From Chrysomallon squamiferum (lineage: Eukaryota > Animalia > Mollusca), in assembly GCA_012295275.1 (NCBI GenBank), contig CM022679.1, positions 18,538,001 through 18,602,000 of the forward strand: a DNA stretch of 64,000 bases, given 5' to 3'. Below, piece by piece: positions 42,832 to 55,852 of this stretch. The notes beneath the pieces are model-generated. The model had not been told where the DNA came from. It saw only the letters and a program-made list of their open reading frames with translations, and ran no database searches. The translations under genes were made by a program, and so were the position numbers. How positions within the stretch are numbered: position 1 is the first letter of the stretch; the number at the start of each line of letters is the position of its first letter.

Positions 42832-43912
42832 CTCATTAATGTTTTAAAATGTTAATAAAATTTGTAATTATCTCTCTGTATTGTTATCAAATATGAGTCT
42901 GAGAAATGCTAATATAGACCACAGAATAAACAGAACTTACAGTTCTGATTAAAACTATAAATGCAGATAACTAATGTTTGTAAGAGACTGGGAACTTACT
43001 TTTTAATTCATTGTTTTCTAATGGTTCCTATAGGTATCTGATCAACTGAACATTATATCAACCAATCTATCAACCAGTGAACGTATTCAATAAACGTATT
43101 TGTAGGTTCAATCGGAATAGCTCAGCCACATCCATCTTAGACCACTCAAGTTTTCTGAAATTACATTCATGGTGTTGAAATGTTTTGTTTCTTATGGAAT
43201 ATAGCGAGTCTATTATAACAAACACCCAGTTTTCATTGCAAACAATGTCAACAAATGCTACCATTACTTGTGCATGTAGGAGTGTTTTGGGAAATTCAGA
43301 CTACAAGAACTCTGGACAGGTGATAAGCCCTAGTATCCTCTTGTGCTGGAAGCTGTCACATGTTAATCAGCTGACCGTTACATCATTATTTAGTAGATTC
43401 AAACATGTCTGAAGATTTCCAAGTCTGTGATTTTATGGTGCTACTTTGACGTGTGATCTACATGTCATGAAACTACTTTGGAGTGTAATCTACAACTTAA
43501 AGAGCAATCTACAGTAAAAACAATAATAAAATATCTAGGAAATTTCTACAAAATAAGTGTGACAAGAAAGGATAATTATATTCCTTTAACAGGAACAGTT
43601 AGTCTTGTCAGCCACAAGACATTATGTTGATCCAAACATGGGAGCCAGTATTCAAGCATTTGAAAGAATAAACAAAATAATAATTAAAATAAGAGTGTAG
43701 ATCACGAGATCGTGTAAATTACATGCCAAAGTAGCATTGATTTTACGTTAACGTTCTTGGGTTTCTTCCTGCAACATGTATATGTACAATTAAATGGTAC
43801 TTTTTATGGCACCAGCTAACTCAAAAATGACTATCTAAAGAAATGTTAAACCAAAATTATTGTTAAATGAATATACTAGCCGGAACCGTACAGTTGGCAA
43901 AGATTAGCCAAA

Positions 43913-44004
43913 AAACAATAGAGACCTATCTCTGGCAGAGAGCTAGCGATATTCATCCTGTTCTCCAAGCTGTACTCTGCCAGAGGTTACTTGTTCTATT
44001 GTTT
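43913..44004. repeat. Imperfect inverted repeat (hairpin)
   Basis: AAACAATAGA...CTCTGGCAGAG pairs with CTCTGCCAGAG...TCTATTGTTT. Confidence 0.7.
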
Positions 44005-47000
44005 GCCTTTCAGCACATATGCACGTGATTCATACCTGGTAAACATGTTATTATATGTAGCAAACATCTTTTTCAGCCATAAAAGCACTTTATTCAGTCC
44101 ATACCGAGGCTTGGTAAAACATTCCAGATGGTTGATTGGATGGGTCCCTTGACAACATAATAATAATATAATAACATGTCTTTAAAGCACAATTTAAGTA
44201 AAACAAATTACATAAAATAACAAACTTCAGTTTATTCAGTCCATACCTAAGTGGATAGTCAAAAAAAAAAAAAAAAAAATGCCCCAGAACTCTGGAAATG
44301 ATAAACAATGTTAAACTTTATTGTACAACTACACGTACAAACATAACATGAACACATTTATTTCAACAAATACCAAACATGCAGGTGTTCATTTTTCAAT
44401 ACTTCTAAAAATATCCTAAAATGATTTACATAAAAATTAATAATAATTTCATTAAAATAAAATCAAGATGTGTTTTAAAACTCAATTTGCTCTAGTATAA
44501 TTTGGTTAGTATATAAACAAATGCAGTGAATACTGACTATTGCAGTATTTTCACATGAAAATAAATTAAATCACTGATAAAATCAAAATATAATTAAAAT
44601 AGAGGTATTTTCATTCTGATCTTGTATGCATATAAGTAATATGATATGCAGGTAAGAAAAACCGACTTTGTAAATTCAACCCAGTACCTTTAAGATAAGA
44701 ATTGAAGCTGTGCTATATATATATTAAAACTTGGCCAGGGCAAGTTGAAACAATTTAATTTCTGATTATGATAATTGTTATGTAAACTGAAAAGTCCTTA
44801 CGAAGTTTTCTAAATTAAAAGTGTATCCATCAGAAACAAATTAAGAAGAGAACAATGACAACTAGAGTAATAAGCCAGTAAAAAATAATGACAACATTCT
44901 TGTGCAAACCTTAATACTTGATTTGATGTTTTGTTAAAAAATTATATAAACATTACTTTATTATTAACAAAAGCAATAATATCATGAACTGTACAGATGC
45001 ATAGATGCTATTTTGACTCAAGTCTTTATTACATCACTGACTTGTCACAACCATTATTAGTAAAACAATGTCCTGTTCATTAATTTTCCAGGACATGTTT
45101 TTCTTCTTCTTTTTTTTCATTCCTTAACATTTACTTGCAACAGTTGTATAATGAAAATGAATTCTTTATATATTTACTTTGTACATAAGACAAGAATGTC
45201 TGTTATTTTGAATGTAAACTGAAATGTTTTAGTGCTGTGTGAATAAGCAATTTCAGATTGTGAAGAAGATATATAATTTTTACATCCTACAGCTACTAAC
45301 AATGTGTCAAGATATTTGCATGACAGCACCACTATCAATCACAATGTATTAAATGAAATATGCTGTAAACTGAATCACTTTATATTACCTATTACTGATG
45401 AATGTGTAAAATAAATGAGTTAATTTGCTGTGACATTTGCATATAAAGCTTTTAAACAAATACAAACATAATTCAGTTAACATAATTTTTTTTAAATTAT
45501 TTAATTGATCCCATGAACATTTATGGTTATCCTTTCTTTGAAAAATAAAAATGTTTCATGATGATCTAAACAGACTTAATATAAAATAAATTTTTTTAAT
45601 TACATTGTTTTCTTGAAAAAATAAAGTTGCCTGTAGCTTGTGTAAATGGCTTCTAATGAAAACCATCAACAGAAAATTTAATATTCTCATAAACTGTTTT
45701 AGCAAGATCAAAATGTACCTGAATTTTGAGAAATACAATAAAGATGGTAATATTGTATAAATTGATTTTACATATATTTTAAAATGTTCTGAATAGATGG
45801 AATATCGATTTTTGTTATTTGCAAAGAATTACATTGTACAAATCATGTAAGAATATATTTCATTTCATCTCCAGTGGACATATATTTCCTTTACTATATA
45901 TCTGTTACTGCATTTTGGGGCAAAGGCATATTCCTCAGTGTGTGTGTGTGTGTGTGTGTTAAAAAATAAAACAATTGTCAACAGACAAATTGCACTATTC
46001 AGCTTCTGATCTCTCTATTTTAACAATGTTGATATATGTATAAAATATATTTATAAGATAAAACTGACTTTGCCAGTATCTTTCCAGCAACCAGAATACT
46101 TAATTTAATGATGAACATAACATTAGAATCTAAGTTTATTCACTACATCACAATCATATTATTTATGTAAATATAATTATATATTAAACATAAATGAATC
46201 TATAAAAACAAAATCTATATATATACACTCCAAACACTGTATCACAGTCAAAGAATAAAAATTTACAAAATAAGTAGCACTGAAGAATAATAAATCAAAC
46301 ATTTCCCTCTAGCAGTTATTACACATACAAAATGACATATAAACAAATTCTGATATTTGTCCAGAAAGCAGTTATTGTAAATGATATTGAGGTAATTTAG
46401 AAAGCAAACTGTTTCATCTTTATCCATAAAAATGATTAGAACTGTGATTGATACAAAGCATAATGGGGCATCAAATTAATTCTAAAGCAAATACAAAGTA
46501 AAAAGTGCAAATTTTATTTATAATTATTTTATTAAAGAAGGGAGTATGTCATCTAAAACTGTAACCAAGTCATGACAGATATAAAACTTCAGTAGGTCAT
46601 AATTTCAAAGTCCTATCTTTCCTCTGTTTACCATATGGAACTATATTAAACTATTAAAATGATTTTTCACATGAACACACCAAGTAATGTTTGCTAAAAT
46701 GAAAGCTACTGCTTTCCCTATACAAACACTATTAAATGTAAAAACACAATGGAATTTCATGGATAGGGCCATTCTGGACAAAATGTGCTAAAGGTAAATA
46801 TATTTTAAATAAAATGACGTAAAGATATTTGATTGCAATGCTCAATAAAATTATTATGTACAGGCAACATAAATAATGTGATTTATACATATTCCAGTGT
46901 TGGTTATTTTTCCTTTTTTCTTGCTTTTGTTCAAAATATAAGATAACAAAACAAATAAAAATAAAACATTGTTTTTCCAAAATTCAAATCAGGTTTGCTT

Positions 47001-48270
47001 TCTCACTTTATAAATCAGTTGCCAAATTTAGTATAATCATCCCATACATCCTAACCCCAACCATCCATAATTTTTAAAAAGCCACTTTATTACCTTCCAT
47101 GAAATGGCTCTGATGCATAACATATGACAGGTTGTCAGCAGTAACTATTTAATACATATCAATATCCTGATAAACATTCCTCCTCCCAATCAAACTTTTG
47201 ATTCAAAGTTCACAACTGAAAATATTTGAAAGAATCATGGTTGACTGACAGTTGATAAATGACCAAAAAAAATAAATAAAATAAAATAATAAAATGAAAA
47301 AAAAATAAAAAAATAAATACAAATGAAAACAAATGTAATAAATAAAAAATAAAAAAAAAAAAAATAATAAAATAAAGTATAAATAAAATTTACAGAAGTT
47401 ATCTTTTTAGCAAAAAATGATATATACATAAATTTTATAAAAGTAGAAAACAGCATAATAAACAAAGGCTTGAATTTTAAACGACACAACTAAAATTAAA
47501 ATTAACATCTTTAATTCAGGTAGACTTTCACAATAAAAACAGTTATATTAAAATCAGAACAGACTACAGAATGACTAAAGCCATAATCAGTTGACTGAAC
47601 AGTTCATTGATCTGTAATAAAAATCTACAAAAACCGAAATGAACATTTTCAGGTTTTAGATCATACTTTTAATCAAATTTAAAATTTGATAAAATGGTGT
47701 AAAGCCTAATTTTTTTCAGTGCTAAAGTTTTTTTTTTTTTTTTTTATTGTATTAAAAGCATCTCATATGTTGTAATTATGAGTTAATTGCAATGATTTAA
47801 TTGATTCTTAGTCAATTCCATTAAAATGTTTAACAAAATATTTAAATAATTTATACTGTCTAACCTTGGTATTCTTATACATATGATGATTTCATGATTG
47901 ATATACATTATTAATAATCTTCGTAAAGGTAACAAAATTGAATACTAATGTTTAAAATTAATGTAAAGACTTTCAACTGATATAGTTGTGTTGTTTTAAC
48001 ATCACAAAGAACATTTTCTCACAGTAAGTTTTGGTTTTTCCATCACTTATTAATCTAACAGAAAGAATGGTGAATAAACTAAACAAACAGTAAAAAATAT
48101 TAAAATAAACAAAATCAACAAAATAACTTAAAATGTTGTTAAAAACCCCACAAACACAACTATCTTGCTCATTCAGTAATTTTATTTCACTGAACCTCTA
48201 CATCAGACAAATGTGTAAAATAAAATAAATAATTGTTAATAATCTGATGGTAAGGGAGTATATGCTGACA

Positions 48271-50387
48271 TCAGCTGGTGTGACTCAGAGATGCTGGTGG
48301 TCTGGATGGGTTGAGAAGTCTATGAATAAAGTTACGAACTGCTGTGTAGATGTGACGAGGGAATGCACAGGGCTGCATTTTTGTGAGAACATTTCCACAG
48401 TGGCTGATATAGTCAGTAAAAATAGTCAAGGAAATAAATATAGTAAAGCATGTTTATTTCAAATATTTGCAAATTTTCTTTAATTAATCTCATTTTTAGG
48501 GATTTTTTTTAAATAGTAAATCTTGAAGCTAACTACATAAAGATGAATTTATGCAGTAACAATAATTTGTGTAAATTTCAAAAAATGTTCACCTTTTTAC
48601 CCTCTTATTAATTATTTAAATAGAAAATAAATTATTTAACTCTGTTTACATAAAAGTTAGAAAAAATATTTGCAAATTGCAAAATAACTAATAAAAAAAA
48701 TTCCAACATCAGAAAAATTAATTTTACATTTACAAGTAACAAGGTTTGTTTATTTATACTATTAATATACTTTCCAGAAGGACTAAAACTACATCATTGT
48801 AATGACCAGGTTAAAGGATATAAAACAGACCATGGTGGTTGTCCTCCATTGATATAAAGCACATAAGAATAACCGTCCCGCGGTTTGCCTTGAATGGAAT
48901 AATAGTATGGGAGGAAGCTATGAGCTGTGAAATTTCGTCTTTCATAAAATTTGAGTGCCACAATATTGGTGGAGAGTACATGTAGATAAGCAGCCTTGCA
49001 AGTTTGATCGTTCTTTTGTTGATAGGTGAGACAACAAACTGTCAAGGAGAAGAGATGCTGCAATAAAAACAAATATTTCCATTTGACTATTTACTGATGG
49101 TAATGTCTGCCTTTCACATTTTTAAAAAATAATTTATTCTAAATGAGTTAGTAAAACCAGCATTACCATAAAAAAATACAAAAAGCAAAATCAGATGATA
49201 AGATGTAATAGTGATAAAAATATTGCTAAAAAAATGTCTGATACAAGTAAATTTACAAAGTGTAAAATTTACCTCAGCCTTTAATAATCAAATTAAATAT
49301 ATAAAAACACATATTTATTTATGCCTTTTGTATGTAAGATGCCATACCAATTCCATTTCTCCTGAAATCTCCAACCACTCCTAGACTAAGTATGTAGGCT
49401 ACTTGAACAGTGGGTGGGTAGTATGATGCCAAAATATCTGAATCCTAAAGAGAAAAAATTGCTCTTTTCAACATCAGCATCTTTATCAGCTTAGTTGATA
49501 AAATCTAATACCACCATTTTATTCTCATGGATATACCTAATGAAATATATCATTTTCTTGGTCTGGACAATAATAGTGTGATCAGTTAAAGGAAAAAACT
49601 GAGTAATAAAATCTTCTTACAATAAATTTGTTACCTTTATAGTGCTTTGTAAATAAAAATAATTAATGTTCTTTCACTGCTAATGAATTTATAATTAAAA
49701 CACAATATATTAGATACTCCAATATTACTAGTAAAAACAGATTTGAGTATACATCTGTATGATATTATTTTGCTAATATATCATAAATGGAAATTCGAAG
49801 AAATCAGATAATATTTGTAATGTCTCAGTTTTTTGCAAATGTTCTTATAAAAACTGGAGAAGTTATGAAAACCCAGTTGACATATACTTCTTTCATAAGT
49901 TTTGACTTGGTTTTAATCTCTGCTACAATTAGTCCAATAATTCTGGAATGATATGTTGCTGCAAGTGAGTAGAATCGTGGAGAAGATGTAATGTCATTGT
50001 ACCACGACTCAGGATACCTGAAAAAGGTCAAGTACTATATATTACACAGTAATTAAATATTTCACAATTTTTTTAACTTTTAATCTGAATTTAAAAACAT
50101 GTATCCATCAGATATTAATCTAAACATATATTCAACTAAATGTTAAATCTATGTTTATAAGGACAAGAAAAAAAAAGAAGATAAAACAGAGATACCATCT
50201 ATAACACCTTTTAAACTAGTAATGCAAGTTATCTTTTTACTACTAATAATAAATGAATAAATAAAACAAAAATTTACTCTATTGGAAACCATTCTGTGCA
50301 TAATTTCTTGACCTCATCCAAATCATCTGGACTAAGAAAGCGCAGCTGAATTTCTTGCTGCATACAAAGAGAATGTGCCTTGCTCAT
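48271..50387 (-). CDS. NAA60: N-alpha-acetyltransferase 60 (NatF); about 238 aa if a +1 frameshift in coding exon 4 is corrected
   Basis: Exons 50387-50278, 50017-49888, 49444-49348, 49057-48822, 48415-48271. Motifs WFPIEYPESWY, VAYILSLGVVGDFRRNGIASLLL, CKAAYLHVLSTN, LPYYYSI, YVLYINGGQPPW, DYISHCG. The last intron is AT-AC. Confidence 0.93.
48416..48821 (-). other. U12-type (minor spliceosome) AT-AC intron in NAA60
   Basis: 5' end ATATCCTTTAA at 48821, branch point TTCCTTGAC at 48433-48425, 3' end TAC at 48418-48416. Splicing gives ...PPWSVF-DYISH... Confidence 0.92.
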
Positions 50388-50692
50388 GAAGACATTTCAC
50401 AGTAGATGTCTCAAAATCACAGCAAACCTCGCCGCTTCATCACAGTCCACCCACTCAGGTCTAACTCACCTGAGGTCTGCCTCTTCTACCCAGTTCTTCA
50501 ATGAAAAACAATTTGTTTATCAAAGGCTGTCCTGAAGAAGCTGCACATTAAAGGCTTCCCCTCTCGTAAGAAACATACAGTGTATGTGAAGATACTTTTA
50601 GTTAAAGATCTTTGTCAAATGTTAAATGTTAAAATTAGCCTATTCATCAGATTTCACATTTGCATTATATCTAACAACAATTAAATATTACT

Positions 50693-51272
50693 GGTGTATA
50701 GGTATTCGGAAAAGATGGCATTATGCATATTTGGAAAAAAGGCACCTTATTTATTTTTTTCTGCATAGATGCTTTAAAAAATCTTAAAAGCACTTTAGAA
50801 AATACAATTTATTCATGCAATATTGCTACACATGTATATTAATATATAGCATCACTGAGCCACTTGGTTTTGCTTAACAAAGTACAGTATAATATCAGTT
50901 TAATATTACAATTATCACATTATTATCACATTTAAAAATACAGTATTAGTATATACACAGATCCACTCAGTCACTTGATTTTGGATAGCATGAAGTTTCT
51001 AGTGGATGTTGTGACCAACAATTATGAATTGTTTTTGTACACAGAACTTAACTGAATATGTTATCATGATCAAACACCAAGGGAATTAAGTGTCTGTCTG
51101 TGTGTGTGTGTACAGATATAAATTTGGTATATACACATGCACATTACATATATGTATGCTTACATGTGTAAATAGATGCACAAGTTTCTTTATGCAGATG
51201 TACCTAATGTTAATACTTAATAGGCAAACAATAGATAAATATTCTCCAGAATGATATTCTGTCAGTTCAAAG

Positions 51273-51319
<47 letters not shown>

Positions 51320-51378
51320 AAAATATTTTTCAGGTGCAATTTTTTCCAAATCTGCATAGTGTCATTTTTTCCTACACC
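50693..51378. mobile_element. MITE with ~45-bp imperfect TIRs
   Basis: Left end GGTGTA...GGAAAAGATGGCATTATGCATATTTGGAAAAAAGGCACC; right end (reverse complement) GGTGTAGGAAAAAATGACACTATGCAGATTTGGAAAAAATTGCACC. Confidence 0.75.
51276..51316. repeat. (GT)n microsatellite
   Basis: Read directly from the sequence. Confidence 0.95.
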
Positions 51379-51398
51379 TGTTGTATCAGTGGAGTATG

Positions 51399-51812
51399 CT
51401 GTATATTTTACGTGCAACTAGATCATATGCTAAATGATTAAACTTATTATCATTTATATTGTTTATATATACTTTTTTTTTTTAAAAGTCTATGATTACT
51501 AAATGTATTAAATGATTTTCACTTCACAATACCAGTGTAAATGGTTAAGTAACATGAGTTGTAATAAAGAAAACACATATTTGATGTCTAACTTAAAGCA
51601 GAACATAAAGACATTTGGCATATAGTAACTCAGTGAGTACAATAGTAATTGTTACTATTGTACTCACCGAGTTACTATACTAAAACTAGAGAAAGAAAAT
51701 ATAATATTTTTCTTTGATTTGTAAAAACAGTAATAATACTTTTATAGAGTTATGTGCTTTAATGACATAATCATTTTAAACAAGATTTAGTTGCACATAA
51801 AATGAAATACAA
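51399..51812. mobile_element. Foldback/MITE-like element with a central 59-bp palindrome (51621-51679)
   Basis: Outer arms TTTTACGTGCAACTAGATC...AAATGATTA and TAATCATTT...GATTTAGTTGCACATAAAA. The central hairpin has 28-bp arms with 1 mismatch. Confidence 0.6.
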
Positions 51813-52609
51813 GTTCGCCCATCAATATTTAATTACTTATTAAGTTATTAGTATTCTGCAACTGAAGGCGAATTGTCATCAGACTCGTGGTCAGTGCAAG
51901 AACAATAACGTATTTTGGAAACGTGTAGTTTTTAAATATACAGAATCTAACAAAAACATACTGTAGTAAATTAATGACCTACATATTGAGTTCGTTATTA
52001 TGATGATAACATTTATAATCGTAATGATAAAAATGTTAATGAAACCGGAAAACAACGAACTCTTAAATCTAAAGAATGTATCCACAGACTTACTTCCTTA
52101 TACCAGTTAAAATAAAGTACTAGTACAGGCAGTTTTTAAATGATAACAGCCATAAATTGGGTAAAACATGTGATTTGAGTAAAACTATTAAATATGACAT
52201 GTTACCAACATGATAAATCCAAAGATTAAGGACATGGAATTAAAATCAAAATATTGAAAGCGGAAATTAACGAATGCTTTCTTCAAATCCTTCCTTCAAA
52301 ATCACGTCGAAACGAAAAGAAAGGAACAAAGAACAAAACTGACATTTAGAAAAATTATTAATTGATCCATTAAGGAAAATATGAAAATGATATTAAAATA
52401 TTTTATCACGTTTTTTTCTTGTAATTATTTATTAAACTGTTAAGAGACTACGGTTATAAACGAATAGTTTTGAAATGAACATTAGGCAATATCACTATCA
52501 CAGTATCAGTGTAAAGATCTTATGTTTTGCTAGTTTTAGAACCACATAATTAAATAAAATGGTGGTGATAATCTTGCGTATATGTCTGTTGAATTTATTT
52601 TTTCTAATA

Positions 52610-52730
<121 letters not shown>

Positions 52731-52878
52731 GACTAAAACCGATTTTTTTTAAAATATTTATTCGAGATAGTTTTCCGGGTTTTGTTCAGTTTTATTATAA
52801 ATTTATATTGAATCATTTTCCATATGAATTGGCTGAAACAAAATAATAAATTTATATGGTCATATTAAATAACCAAAA

Positions 52879-53836
52879 ATGTCGATTTCCGGCACGCATG
52901 GAAATGTTGTTGTTAATGGTTTTACAGGTAAATAATATAAATGTAATAATTTCAGTTTGTATATGGGTAATTCTATGATAAGAAATAATGCTTCTGATAT
53001 AAATTATAGATTATTTTTTCTTTCTTTTTATCTGACAGCTGTACCTTTAAAATTAAAGCAAAATGACCAGGCAGAACATCATCTATTTTTGAAACAGCAT
53101 AGAGTAAAAGATACTGATGCGTCAAAACCAGAGGATAAGACATTATTTGTGATTAATATACCCCCATACTGTACAAAGGTTATTGGATTTTATATTAATT
53201 TCATCTTCTGCAGTATATTTTTTATCATTTGAAATGTAAAGTGAATTTTGATCAGCACATAGTTGAAAGGGTTATGGCCTGCGAAGTCGACAACTTCAAT
53301 AAATTATCTTGAAATTGTGTCTACTTAGCGGGACAAGCTGAAATGTACCAGTGAGGATCTGTCGATGTCCCGGGACTCATTAATTGGCGTTTTACCTGGC
53401 TGACGGTGTGCGCAGTAAAAAGGTAACGACGAGATGTTACTGTACCGCAGCTATTACTATAACTACTATTATTATTACAATTCAATTTCAGTTCAGTAAA
53501 TGTATTTGCCAAAGGCAGCATGACTATAAACACAAAACAGACAAGAATACAGTTAGAAAACAAAAACAGTTGTATAATACTTTACAGTATACAAACACAG
53601 GAATAAAAAAATTAAAGTAATAATTATGATAATAAAAATATAAACATATAGTTGTTATGTATTAAATTACATATTTATCAAGATTCCTCAAAGTTTTTAT
53701 TTTTGAAGACAAAAGGTTGATTATGTTAAAAGTAGATGGTCTTGTATACAAATATTTCTTTAAATATGATAATCTAATATCATTATAAAATAAACATTTT
53801 GATGCAAAATGGAATTCATCTTCAAAGCTTCCACTG

Positions 53837-53886
<50 letters not shown>

Positions 53887-55721
53887 CAACAAAAAAACCC
53901 CACACCAATGGGTCCACTAAGAAGGTTCGATCCTCTGTGTCAAGTATCCCACTAGAAAGGCTCTACTGATTGAGGTTAATCTGAAATTCATATTACGTTG
54001 TGGGTATTACAGTACTAAATAAATAAATAAATAAATGTTCTTGTCAGTTGTGAAGATCAGTATTCAATTCGGTGTAGAAGAGGATCTCTTCCCTCAGATA
54101 TCCCGTCTTGTCTGGGGTATCGGGGTAGGTTTTTGTGTTGCTGTCAGTATAGTATCGTCTTAATGGCACTAAAACGTGGAATCTCGGCTAACAATCCGTT
54201 AGGAACTAAGTCGTGGTTTTTCCTGAGATTAGAAATCTCCTCGGCATAAATCTTAGGAACTGGCATTGTTTCCATTTTAGCTCAGTCCGTGGCTTTTGCC
54301 CTAAATGCATCAACATGCTTAATAAATGGCACCACCACGTGGTTGTGCTGTATCTGGTCTGCCGTCTGGAGCATGTTGTCCACAGTCACAACGTAGGCTC
54401 TGCATTGTGACATAGTACACTCCAGTAAGTTTTCTTTCCATATTTTTGATACATGTCGATACAAGTCACTCTAAATTGTGCAGCTGCCATAATGTTAAAT
54501 GTGAAATAGTTTTCCATTTTGATATAAAACTTTATATAGATTAAACCAGGAAAAGAACCAATGTACAAGTGCCTGCTCAGTATAAGAGAAGGATCAATTT
54601 GCTAACCAAAACAGTAAATTGGTAGAGCATAATAAGAGCAAATAAACAAAAAACAAAAATACACAGGTACCTACTCTATTGATGAAAGTCTAATTACAAA
54701 TTCTACCCAGGACAGTAATCACATAAAATTCGACTTCAGGGTTCTCTTCTCGTTGTTAACAAAAAAGGCAAAATGTCTACGTCCCGGGACTTTTATTATT
54801 CTGCGTCCTGGTACTAAACAAAATAGATTTGTCGACTTCCCAGGCCGACACCATCTACGTATGAATTATTTAATGAATAATTATAAGTTGATGTAGATTT
54901 CAGATGATTCCTAATTTTAAATGAATATATCTTTTTAAAGATACTGCTTTTTGTTACAAAGAATGTAATCAGTTTTTGAACGTATGATATTGATATTAAT
55001 TATCATGAATAAGTGTTTCCTTGATGCAAAAATGGTTTAATTATAGACTCTTTTCCTAATTTAGTTCCATAAAAATATCATTATCTTTTTTAGCAGATAA
55101 AATATTTTTATAAGCTTCAAAATTATTTTAATAAATTAGATTATTATTATTATTATACAGGAATCACTAAAGCAAATTTTTTCTAAGAGTGGCAGAATCT
55201 GTCATGTCTACCTCCATGAAAGACCAACATCAGCAGCATCTGAAGAAACTATGTCAAAGTACTTTCCAAATAACAGAGATCCACAGGTAATTAATCTGAT
55301 TTAAATAACTCCTGTGGATAAAAATATGAAAAGTAAAATTGTAAGCATGTTATGACCTGAATAATAAAGGACAGTTATCATCAGTTCTAATATAGCATTG
55401 TTTTTATTAGTTTACTCTTCCAAAAACTTTAAAAAAAATAGAAAAATGAAAAAGAGAACAAATAAGAAATAGTTTGAAAGTATCAGCCCATAGTGCACAG
55501 ACATAAAAGCACACATGGATCTGCATGAAGTACACTGAATAACATTGCCATAATCATAGCTTAAATTGCTGTGGCCATGGTAAATGGGGATGAAACTGTG
55601 ACATTTTCTTATCATCCATATCTAATATGTTTTTTTTTTTTAATCCTTACTTTCCAATGTCAGCAATGGCACATTGATCTCAAAATAAAAATTGCAAACT
55701 TCCACATAATGCAACATATAT

Positions 55722-55758
<37 letters not shown>

Positions 55759-55798
55759 TAAAGCATTTCTGTTGACTGTGTGTAAGTATATATGTATA

Positions 55799-55852
<54 letters not shown>

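Larger units (their letters stand above)
50388..52300 (-). other. NAA60 5' UTR: UTR part of coding exon 1 (to 50670) and a probable upstream non-coding exon ending at 52094
   Basis: Acceptor gttgttAG at 50672-50671 and donor GAA|GTAAGT at 52093. The transcription start is not determinable. Confidence 0.5.
53276..54846. mobile_element. TIR-bounded composite insertion in RRP7A intron 2
   Basis: 18-bp TIRs GGCCTGCGAAGTCGACAA and TTGTCGACTTCCCAGGCC (17/18 match). Subterminal palindrome GTCCCGGGAC at 53367 and 54781. Confidence 0.75.

Noticed and set aside
43050-43520. Possible Gypsy reverse-transcriptase relic (ORFs 43070-43264 and 43185-43412)
   Set aside because: Only a vague YNRL...TFQ...MNVI resemblance and no YxDD motif.
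44300-48270. ORFs 45556-45738, 46732-46980 and 47235-47489
   Set aside because: Low-complexity F/I/Y-rich translations of the probable long NAA60 3' UTR.
53895-54000. tRNA-like TTCGA segment (GGTTCGATCC near 53925)
   Set aside because: Only a T-loop/B-box-like motif without a cloverleaf; at most a SINE fragment.
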